Positions 18,545-25,507 of a stretch of DNA of 25,507 bases are shown piece by piece. A program made the position numbers and the translations under genes. The notes under the pieces are model-generated. The model did not search any database. It was not told where the DNA came from and saw only the letters and a program-made list of their open reading frames with translations. Location: assembly GCA_041572575.1 (NCBI GenBank), contig JBFFSH010000035.1, positions 1-25,507 of the forward strand. Reading direction: 5' to 3'. Numbering within the stretch: the stretch's first letter is position 1; each line of letters opens with the position of its first letter. Source of the stretch: Thermodesulfobacteriota bacterium (GTDB lineage Bacteria > Desulfobacterota_D > UBA1144 > Nemesobacterales > N074bin48).

Positions 18545-19330
18545 GTGGTTTTTCCGAAACTTGCTGTATCACTTATGTTAGTTACAGGCGCCCTGGCAGA
18601 GATAAAGATTCAGGAGCTTAGTTATAAAGCCGACGATACCACACTAAAAGGTTTTCTGGCTTATGACGATTCTATAAAAGAGAAAAAACCCGGAGTAATC
18701 GTAGTCCACGAGTGGTGGGGACATAATGATTACGCAAGAGCAAGAGCAACCAAGCTTGCCGAACTTGGGTATGTAGCGCTTGCAGTTGATATGTATGGCG
18801 ACGGAAAAACCGCAGATCACCCCGACAATGCAAAGAAGTTTATGACCGAAGCGCTAGCAAATCAGGAATTGTTTTTAAAGAAATTTCAGGCAGGGCTTGA
18901 ACTTCTAAAGAGCCAGCCGCAGACAGATGCTGAAAAAGTAGCTGCAATAGGATACTGCTTTGGCGGAGCTACTGTGCTTGGTATGGCAAGAGCAGGGCTT
19001 GATCTTGACGGAGTAGTTAGCTTTCACGGAATCTTAGCAACTGAGACTCCGGCACAAAAAGGAGCTGTTAAGGCAAAAGTTCTGGCTTTTCATGGCGATA
19101 ATGACCCGTTTGTTCCAAAAGAGCAGGCTGATGCATTCAGAAAAGAGATGAACGATGCTGAAGTTGATTATACATTTGTAGTATATCCGGGAGTACAGCA
19201 CAGTTTTACCAATCCAGGAGCAACTGAAGTTGGTACAAAATATGAGCTTCCGCTTGTTTATGATGCAGAGGCTGATGCAAGTTCATGGAAACAGACTCAG
19301 GAATTTTTTAAAGAGATTTTTGCTAAGTAA
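18545..19330 (+). CDS. Dienelactone hydrolase family protein (probably exported)
   Basis: Motifs VVHEWWG, GYCFGG nucleophile elbow, HGDND and YPGVQHSF. Start uncertain (GTG 18545 or ATG 18575). Confidence 0.9.
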   Translation: MVFPKLAVSLMLVTGALAEIKIQELSYKADDTTLKGFLAYDDSIKEKKPGVIVVHEWWGHNDYARARATKLAELGYVALAVDMYGDGKTADHPDNAKKFMTEALANQELFLKKFQAGLELLKSQPQTDAEKVAAIGYCFGGATVLGMARAGLDLDGVVSFHGILATETPAQKGAVKAKVLAFHGDNDPFVPKEQADAFRKEMNDAEVDYTFVVYPGVQHSFTNPGATEVGTKYELPLVYDAEADASSWKQTQEFFKEIFAK

Positions 19331-19345
19331 AAATTAGTTTAATAG

Positions 19346-19376
19346 AGACTGGTTGTAAGTTTATTGCAGCCAGTCT
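19346..19376 (+). terminator. Intergenic 13-bp hairpin (possible terminator or processing stem)
   Basis: AGACTGGTTGTAA-GTTTA-TTGCAGCCAGTCT, with only a weak U-tract after it. Confidence 0.5.
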
Positions 19377-19403
19377 GATTTAAAGGGCAAGGGGGAGATA
19401 AAA

Positions 19404-20249
19404 ATGTCTTATCCAAACTCTGATATACTTGTAAGCCCCGCGTGGCTTTCTGAACATCTTGACGATCCTAATATCGTAATTGTAGACTGCCCTTGGGCAG
19501 CGGATGCCTATACCAAAGCCCATATCCCCGGTGCAGTATGCAGACCCGGGCACTGCTATCTCAAATCTACAGATTCTCACGGAAATATGAGTATATTTCT
19601 CCAAAATGAATCAGAGTTTGAAAAACTGTGTGGAGAGCTTGGTATTGGAGCAGATTCTACAATTGTTGCCTATGACGAATGGGGCTCTATTTTTGCAACA
19701 AGGCTCTGGTGGATGCTTAAATTCTATGGACATACAAATGCCAAAGTTTTAGACGGCGGATGGCAGGGCTGGGTAGATGCTGGCTATCCTGTTTCATATA
19801 AAAAGCCGGAAGTTTCGGCCAGCTCGGATTTTAAAGTGACAGCATATCCCGAGCTACTTATTGAGCTTGATGAGCTTAAGCAAAATTATTCGAATGATAA
19901 TTGGCAGGTTCTTGACGTGCGCTCTGAAGATGAATACAACGGTAAAGCCGCACATGGAAATAAACGAGTAGGGCATGTGCCGGGCGCAATTCATCTCGAA
20001 TGGAACAGGTTTTTGAATAACTCGACTGATTCTGAAGCTGTGAGAAACTTTAAATCAGCCGAGCAAATTCAGGCACTTTTAGATGGTTCAGGGGTAGATA
20101 AAAACAAAATAATTGCAACTCACTGCCAGGCTGCCGTGCGTGCCACTTTCGGCGCATTTGTACTGGAGCTTATGGGCTATCCTCCAGCAAAGGTATATGA
20201 CGGCTCGATGGCAGAATGGGCAAACCTCGATGATACTCCGCTTGAGTAG
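19404..20249 (+). CDS. Tandem-domain rhodanese / sulfurtransferase (SseA/TST family)
   Basis: Motifs HIPGA, ATRLWWML, VLDGGW, LDVRSEDEY, GHVPGA, active-site HCQAAVRA and YDGSMAEW. GGGGAG RBS. Confidence 0.93.
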   Translation: MSYPNSDILVSPAWLSEHLDDPNIVIVDCPWAADAYTKAHIPGAVCRPGHCYLKSTDSHGNMSIFLQNESEFEKLCGELGIGADSTIVAYDEWGSIFATRLWWMLKFYGHTNAKVLDGGWQGWVDAGYPVSYKKPEVSASSDFKVTAYPELLIELDELKQNYSNDNWQVLDVRSEDEYNGKAAHGNKRVGHVPGAIHLEWNRFLNNSTDSEAVRNFKSAEQIQALLDGSGVDKNKIIATHCQAAVRATFGAFVLELMGYPPAKVYDGSMAEWANLDDTPLE

Positions 20250-20386
20250 TATCTCCTAAAAGATCATTTGCATGCGATAATTTGTAATGGTTGAAACTTC
20301 TTAGCTCTTATATTCGTATAAATATTAAGAATCTTAACACGGCCTGTCTGAGTCTAAATTTATAAATAACACAGGCAAAAAGTTCG

Positions 20387-21001
20387 ATGGACAGACAAAA
20401 CATATTAAAAGGATTTCTTATCATATTTTCTTTCGTATCTTTTTTTATGCTCTTTTATATCTCGGCATTTGCAAAAGATGATACGATTGAAGGCAGCATT
20501 GTCTGTGTTAATAATGACAGATTTGGCAAAGTAAACACAATTACCAAATATTCAAGCTGCAGCGGGGTTCTTGTGGTGCTTGGAAATAACAGCAGGATTT
20601 ACGCGCTTTCGGGTTCTGATGAACAGGTAAGAGAAATAGAACAGAGTCCACAAAAAATCAAAAAGCTTAAGGGGCAAATAAACGGCAATGAACGGGCCTG
20701 GATTTTTAATATCTCTACTCTTACTCCTATTAATGAGCAGACTGCAAAGCAAGAAATAAAGGGTGATTTGTACTGTCTTGTGCCGGATAATGACAATGAA
20801 AATATTAAAGCCATAATATCAAATGAGTCCTGTGATACCAAAAAGCCCCACGCCCATGTGGTATCAACTAAAGACGGAGAGGTTTACACTATTCATGGAG
20901 ACCAAAGTGCAATATCGGCGTTAGAAAAGAAATCATCCCGAACTGAGTTGGTTCTTGAAGGAAACTTAAAAAAAAACGGCTCTGAACTGATTATAGATTA
21001 G
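20387..21001 (+). CDS. Secreted hypothetical protein with two internal repeats
   Basis: Signal peptide followed by two similar ~85-aa units, each with a Cys pair. Confidence 0.75.
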   Translation: MDRQNILKGFLIIFSFVSFFMLFYISAFAKDDTIEGSIVCVNNDRFGKVNTITKYSSCSGVLVVLGNNSRIYALSGSDEQVREIEQSPQKIKKLKGQINGNERAWIFNISTLTPINEQTAKQEIKGDLYCLVPDNDNENIKAIISNESCDTKKPHAHVVSTKDGEVYTIHGDQSAISALEKKSSRTELVLEGNLKKNGSELIID

Positions 21002-21087
21002 TGAATTAGATCAGGCTATTGTTATTGGGATATTTTTTTAATTCGGATGTATTAATATTGATATCCACAATTATGGATAAATAACAA

Positions 21088-22464
21088 CTAGTTATAGATA
21101 TATCTAAGAGCGAGCAGCACTGCATGCATCTGATGTTGTACTACATCTATCCTCACATTATCAAAATCCTTTGCATTTAATATACCTCCAATTCCGGATT
21201 TTTTGTGAGGCTTGGTTCTTATAAGAAATTTATTTTCATGTTCCAGCGGGCCGCCAACCTGCCAGGTTGTAAGTTTATACAAGACCTTGTCTATTATATA
21301 GAGTATTTCCGAAGCTGCCGCGTTATTACCGTTATTTTTTGCGACTAGATATCCAAAAATTAATCCTTCAAATGCATAAGAGGTATTTCGTTTTTTCTCA
21401 TCTATTTTGTTTATATGTATAGACCACCATGAAAGGCTTAGAATATAGTCTCTGAATAAATCAGAATTTTCCCACCCGGCATCCTGGTATTCCCAATATG
21501 CCATCAGGCTCCACTGAAAAAATCCCTTTGTTAATCTAGATTGCGGATCTATATGCCATTGGTCTGTAGTGTAAGTTTTGGCCATTGCCAAAACACTTTC
21601 TTTAATTAGCGGTTTATATTGAGTGTAACCCAGATATTTTGCCGCTTTAATCAAACAAAGTATTGTTTCGCCATCAAAGTAAGGACTGGAATTGTCCCAT
21701 TTTTCATTTTTCACAGGATCATATCTTTGTGAAAAATGTTTTGTATCTTTTAAATACATGAAATTCAAAAATTCTAAATAACCATTCAGTTTATCTGTTA
21801 ATTCATTTTGATATTGTTGGGATATTGTTATCTCTTCATTCTTTATTGTCCTTAAATAATCTATTATTGAGAGAGAAACCAGTGCAACAGTACCTGTTTT
21901 TACGTACCGCATTCCGGGATAATCAATTATATAACTGCCTTCAACAGGTCCTTTACTGGTATGTTTAAAGAAAAATTTGAGTCCTCTGTCAATTGCTGTT
22001 TTGACTTCAGGTGTTTGCTCATACTGATATATTGTCGTAATACCCCAGAGCGCTCCAGCCTGCCTAACCTCATTCTCGTCCGCTTCATCCATTTCTTCGG
22101 GTTGATTCACCATATAGTAATTAAGATATACAAAATTTCCCTCAGGTGTTTGATTATTAACTAGATATTGTTTGCCGAGCTGAAGCGAGGTTTCAAGTAT
22201 ATTTGCATTTAATAATTTTTTGCTGTTTCGTTTAGACCATTTACGAGTTTTTCTAAATTCTTTCATCCATTGAGGAAATTCGTCTTTGGAGAGATTATCA
22301 GGGAAATTGTAAATGTTTTTTGGTTTATCATCTGTAGATTTAGTCACCGATACCGCTTTTTTATTAACTTCTTTGTTTTCCTTTTGTGATTGATTACTAC
22401 AGGCGCATATACAGAAAATGACTGTAATCATCAACAGGCTTCTAATTTTCGTATACAGGTTCAT
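21088..22464 (-). CDS. Putative lipoprotein with an (alpha/alpha)-barrel (six-hairpin glycosidase/terpenoid cyclase-like) domain
   Basis: Lipobox-like ICAC-S. Helical-hairpin motifs QTPEGNFVY, NEVRQAGALW, KTGTVAL, YFDGETIL, AFEGL and VRIDVVQH. AGGAG RBS. Confidence 0.7.
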   Translation of the reverse strand: MNLYTKIRSLLMITVIFCICACSNQSQKENKEVNKKAVSVTKSTDDKPKNIYNFPDNLSKDEFPQWMKEFRKTRKWSKRNSKKLLNANILETSLQLGKQYLVNNQTPEGNFVYLNYYMVNQPEEMDEADENEVRQAGALWGITTIYQYEQTPEVKTAIDRGLKFFFKHTSKGPVEGSYIIDYPGMRYVKTGTVALVSLSIIDYLRTIKNEEITISQQYQNELTDKLNGYLEFLNFMYLKDTKHFSQRYDPVKNEKWDNSSPYFDGETILCLIKAAKYLGYTQYKPLIKESVLAMAKTYTTDQWHIDPQSRLTKGFFQWSLMAYWEYQDAGWENSDLFRDYILSLSWWSIHINKIDEKKRNTSYAFEGLIFGYLVAKNNGNNAAASEILYIIDKVLYKLTTWQVGGPLEHENKFLIRTKPHKKSGIGGILNAKDFDNVRIDVVQHQMHAVLLALRYIYN

Positions 22465-22486
22465 ATTAAATATTCTCCTTATTAAT

Positions 22487-23704
22487 TTAAATAGATTTTA
22501 TTTTTATTCTCCAGTTATCCAGAGCCGAAGGAATATAGAAAAAGAAAAATGTAGCTGGAAACAGAGTGAATATATATAATACAGCACTAAGACCGTTTCT
22601 TTTTTCGTTGTCTGAAGTTTGCAAAGATATACTCTTTATATTTGATGGTGATATATCTTTTTTGTTTATTACTGGCGATTTATAAGGTCTGTTGTCAACC
22701 CAGTTATATCTTCTAAGCCAGTCCAACATTTTACCGATTCTTACAAAGATCCTATGCCGTTTATTACTTGAATCATAATATACTGTGTTCTGGTGAGATT
22801 TTGGATTGATAAAAGCAATATACAACACTATCATCTGCAATGAAAATGTTTCAATGCTAACCGTAAAACCAATTCCTAGATGTAGAATCATTCCTATAAA
22901 AATGGCAAATCGTCTGAATCTCAGTATCCATAGACCAAAAGACAGGAAACCTTCCGCAAATACAGTAAATGTACCCAAGAATTTCCAGAAACTATGGCTG
23001 AATTCGATAAGATTGTATTTGTGAAATATGAAGTCAAGAAAATCAGAAAAATATCCGCTTACACTGCCCTGCTGATAAAACAGCAGGGTTATATCCCCTG
23101 TAATCCAATGAGGGTGTAGTTTTTGTATGAAGCTGAAAAAATATATAATGCTTAAAAAAACCTGTACCAGACGCAGCGGCAGGACGCAACGTTCTTTAGG
23201 TTCAACAAAATTTGTTTTTTCTCTCTTTCTCTTTATAAATCTATCCAGGCTGTAATGATCGTAACATCTGCTAAAACCCAGTATGAGCAGTACAATTACA
23301 AGATTCATAACATGATGCCGGTAGGTAAATTGACTGAGGAGGAAAAAATATAGATATATTGTTGCAGTTATCGTACCGTTTATTCTTGTATACAAACCGA
23401 TCACAAAAAAGATAGTCGTTATAAGAAGTACATCTTCTATTCTGTTGTAAGTTTCAAACGATGGGGCAGGCAGCCACTCAAGTCCGCGGATAGGCATTCT
23501 GAAGGCATCCTGGTCAAGGTAGTAGTGTTGTATGCTCTTGAAATAATGGAGGGGAAAATCTAGATAAAGCTTCTCTATATACTGCATGTTGCTGATCCCT
23601 AGAAGCTTCATCAAAAAAATTGTTACGAAGAAAACTCTCAGCAGGCACAGACTCTGAGATGAATCTGAATCAAACCAAAATTTATTCCAATGTTTTAAAA
23701 TCAT
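22487..23704 (-). CDS. HTTM-domain (vitamin K-dependent gamma-carboxylase-like) membrane protein with a degenerate C-terminal DCC1/DUF393-like domain
   Basis: Motifs WNKFWF..SLCLLRV, IGLYTR, YRHH, YSLD, IYFFSFIQKLHPHWITG and LHLGI..SIETFS. C-terminal VYYDSSN...LDW...GLSAVLYIFTLFP. Confidence 0.85.
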   Translation of the reverse strand: MILKHWNKFWFDSDSSQSLCLLRVFFVTIFLMKLLGISNMQYIEKLYLDFPLHYFKSIQHYYLDQDAFRMPIRGLEWLPAPSFETYNRIEDVLLITTIFFVIGLYTRINGTITATIYLYFFLLSQFTYRHHVMNLVIVLLILGFSRCYDHYSLDRFIKRKREKTNFVEPKERCVLPLRLVQVFLSIIYFFSFIQKLHPHWITGDITLLFYQQGSVSGYFSDFLDFIFHKYNLIEFSHSFWKFLGTFTVFAEGFLSFGLWILRFRRFAIFIGMILHLGIGFTVSIETFSLQMIVLYIAFINPKSHQNTVYYDSSNKRHRIFVRIGKMLDWLRRYNWVDNRPYKSPVINKKDISPSNIKSISLQTSDNEKRNGLSAVLYIFTLFPATFFFFYIPSALDNWRIKIKSI

Positions 23705-23725
23705 TTTGTAAAAAATTAACTGTTC

Positions 23726-24163
23726 TTAGGGATATTGAATTACAAGAATCTTTTTATTGTGTTTATCAAACGGCTCCTTGCGATTTATGTTAAATTCATA
23801 GTATATTATCGCTTTAATAGCCTTAGCATCGTTTTTTCTTTTATTTTTATATAGAAATTCGAGATAGTCATGCACCCAAGCCTTGACGGCTCCTATTGAA
23901 TATCTTGTATTATTATAATAAAGCTTTTTAAAAGCCTCTCCCCTCAATTCACCCCCGAAAAAGTGTTTAATGGTTTGATCATTATCTATTATCCAGTAGT
24001 ATTCAACGTTAAAATTAACCTGTTTTGAAAATGTGCCCCAGCCATACCTGTTGTCGTCTTTTATCATAGACCGTATTCCAAGTGCGAGTGAACCAGCGAT
24101 TAGTAATACTGCAGGGATGTTCCACCACCATTTCGGGGTTAATATTTTATTTCCTGTGCTCAT
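23726..24163 (-). CDS. Single-TM membrane-anchored protein resembling the GGCX/VKGC lumenal domain
   Basis: One TM helix, then RYGWGTFS and a C-terminal YEFNINRKEPFD. Start at ATG 24163 (TTG 24181 possible). Confidence 0.7.
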   Translation of the reverse strand: MSTGNKILTPKWWWNIPAVLLIAGSLALGIRSMIKDDNRYGWGTFSKQVNFNVEYYWIIDNDQTIKHFFGGELRGEAFKKLYYNNTRYSIGAVKAWVHDYLEFLYKNKRKNDAKAIKAIIYYEFNINRKEPFDKHNKKILVIQYP

Positions 24164-24282
24164 TAATGTAATATTAAACAAATTTTAGAGGTAAAATAAA
24201 GTATTAATAATAAATATCTGCAAATTAGTTGTGTAGTTACTTACAAATGTTAATGAAATTTTAATATTTCTGTAAAAAACGG

Positions 24283-24311
24283 TTGACACTAATTTTGATT
24301 TGCATTAGTAT
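24283..24311 (+). promoter_or_regulatory. Sigma70 promoter
   Basis: TTGACA (24283-24288), a 17-nt spacer and TAGTAT (24306-24311). The predicted start site (~24317) coincides with the riboswitch 5' end. Confidence 0.8.
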
Positions 24312-24315
24312 GTAT

Positions 24316-24422
24316 GTAGACAAAGGCACACTGCGTGAAAACGCAGGTCGCAAAGCTCATTACCTAAGGGCTTAGTAGTATGATGGATACTGAAGCCTAT
24401 GGTCGAATGGCTGCCGATTTAT
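24316..24422 (+). ncRNA. Cyclic di-GMP-I (GEMM) riboswitch
   Basis: AAAGGCACAC, P2 CTGCGT-GAAA-ACGCAG, GTCGCAAAGC junction, P3 with an 11-nt receptor CCTAAG/TATGG, and a terminal GCTGCCGA. Located in the 5' UTR of a surface-protein gene. Confidence 0.93.
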
Positions 24423-24443
24423 TTAAAGTTTGGAGTTTGGAGA

Positions 24444-25507
24444 ATGAATATGCGCAGTAATTCTGGATGTATTAGAATAAAACAATATCTCTATATTCTT
24501 TCATTTTTATTCATTTCATTATTCATATTCAACCAAACGTCTTTTTCAACAACTATAACTGTTAACGAACCAAATGATGCTATAAACGGAAATGTAAACT
24601 GTTCATTACGAGAAGCGATTCGCGCTGCAAACACCAATTCTGCTGTAGGCGGATGTCCGGCCGGTCAGTCTGGGCCAGCAGTTGTGGATGTTATTCAAGT
24701 CCCAGCCGGAACTATTACTTTATCAAGATTCAACGCATCAGCAGACGATGATGCTAATTTTGGTGATCTTGATATAACAGATGAAGTTGAGATTGTTGGT
24801 CAAGGTACTGGGCCTGGTGATACTATCATTGACGGCGACTGCCAGCTACCATATTCATTTAGTGTCCCCACAAATACAGAACCGTTCTGTGCAAATACGG
24901 AAACAAACTTAGAAAGGATCTTTGAAGTTTCTCCAAATGTAGGAACCATGGCAGATCCTGTAATAATTGCCAGTCTTACAATTAGAGGCGGACATGATGA
25001 CGGTAGTGATGATGAGGATGGAGGCGGAGGTATTTTTATACACACAGGTTCGGTTGTAAACCTTAATACTGTGATTATTGAAAGAAATAAGACTACTCAA
25101 AGGGGAGGCGGCCTAAGAAATTTTGGTAAAACAAGAATAAACTTCTCAACTATCAGAGAAAACTTCTCTGGCAACAGGGGTGGTGCTATTAGTAACATCG
25201 GTGGGCCAATCATAGAAAATGGTGGTCTAAGTGACCATCTTCTAACTTTGTTTAAAGTTCTAATTGTAGATAACTATGCAGCAGCTTCTGGAGGAGGTAT
25301 ATCAAACGAAAGAGGTCCTCAGAGCACAGGCAGCGGTAATGATCAGCAGGGAACAATACTTGCAGTAAGTTCAACAATATTCTGGAATCAATCGGATAGT
25401 GACGGGGGGGGTATTAATCAGGAAGGCGACGGTACTTCTTTTGAAGGAAATAATCTCACAATCGTAAACAACCAAACAGACGGCAACGGAGGTGGCATAA
25501 ATTTTCA
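24444..25507 (+). CDS. CSLREA-domain surface/secreted protein with Pmp-like GG(A/G)I beta-helix repeats (3' truncated; absent from the ORF track)
   Basis: Manual translation: MNMRSNSG...signal peptide...TITVNEPNDAINGNVNCSLREAIRAANTN...GDLDIT...TIIDG...RIFEV...GGGIF...GGGLRN...GGAISN...GGGISN...GGGINQ...GGGIN. No stop before the window end. GGAG RBSs precede ATG 24444 and ATG 24450. Confidence 0.92.
   Translation, partial: MNMRSNSGCIRIKQYLYILSFLFISLFIFNQTSFSTTITVNEPNDAINGNVNCSLREAIRAANTNSAVGGCPAGQSGPAVVDVIQVPAGTITLSRFNASADDDANFGDLDITDEVEIVGQGTGPGDTIIDGDCQLPYSFSVPTNTEPFCANTETNLERIFEVSPNVGTMADPVIIASLTIRGGHDDGSDDEDGGGGIFIHTGSVVNLNTVIIERNKTTQRGGGLRNFGKTRINFSTIRENFSGNRGGAISNIGGPIIENGGLSDHLLTLFKVLIVDNYAAASGGGISNERGPQSTGSGNDQQGTILAVSSTIFWNQSDSDGGGINQEGDGTSFEGNNLTIVNNQTDGNGGGINF

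Noticed and set aside
21061..21080. Inverted pair of DnaA-box-like 9-mers (ATATCCACA / TATGGATAA)
   Set aside because: Only two boxes, each with one mismatch, in an 86-nt gap between convergent genes with no oriC context. More likely a weak hairpin or chance.
24316..24422. c-AMP-GMP (GEMM-Ib) specificity for the riboswitch
   Set aside because: The discriminating position is G (24325), not A.
11495..25100. Short ORFs at 11495, 13542, 14991, 15689, 15992, 19380, 20552, 20599, 21961, 22806, 24800 and 24909
   Set aside because: They are shadows of stronger CDSs. The last two lie antisense to the CSLREA gene.
1..25507. CRISPR array, tRNA/rRNA or long tandem DNA repeats
   Set aside because: None seen. 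Intergenic gaps are short, and the repeats found are at protein level only.

Overview
AT-rich bacterial chromosomal window, probably from an environmental or uncultured Gram-negative organism. It holds about 24 genes and no rRNA, tRNA, CRISPR array or IS element that I can see. The left part has the 3' end of nuoF, a ClpX-type C4 zinc-finger protein, htpG, a DUF4124/DUF1570 metallopeptidase-like gene, purK-purE, a membrane GGDEF protein, a His/Tyr-rich DUF4124 protein, a UvrD/PcrA helicase, msrA and a GFA protein. The middle has an AbrB-Doc toxin-antitoxin pair behind a palindromic bidirectional promoter/operator, a GT2, secreted hypotheticals, a DUF4124-thioredoxin, a HAD phosphatase, a heterodimeric ABC exporter, a dienelactone hydrolase and a rhodanese. 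The right end is the most interesting. A minus-strand three-gene unit encodes what looks like a split, order-permuted vitamin K-dependent carboxylase (GGCX/HTTM)-like enzyme (a lumenal-domain gene plus an HTTM gene ending in a Cys-less DCC1-like domain), followed by an (alpha/alpha)-barrel lipoprotein. Divergent from it are a near-consensus sigma70 promoter, a c-di-GMP-I (GEMM) riboswitch and a large CSLREA-domain surface protein gene that is missing from the ORF track and runs off the window. All family assignments come from motif recognition by eye; no database search was run.
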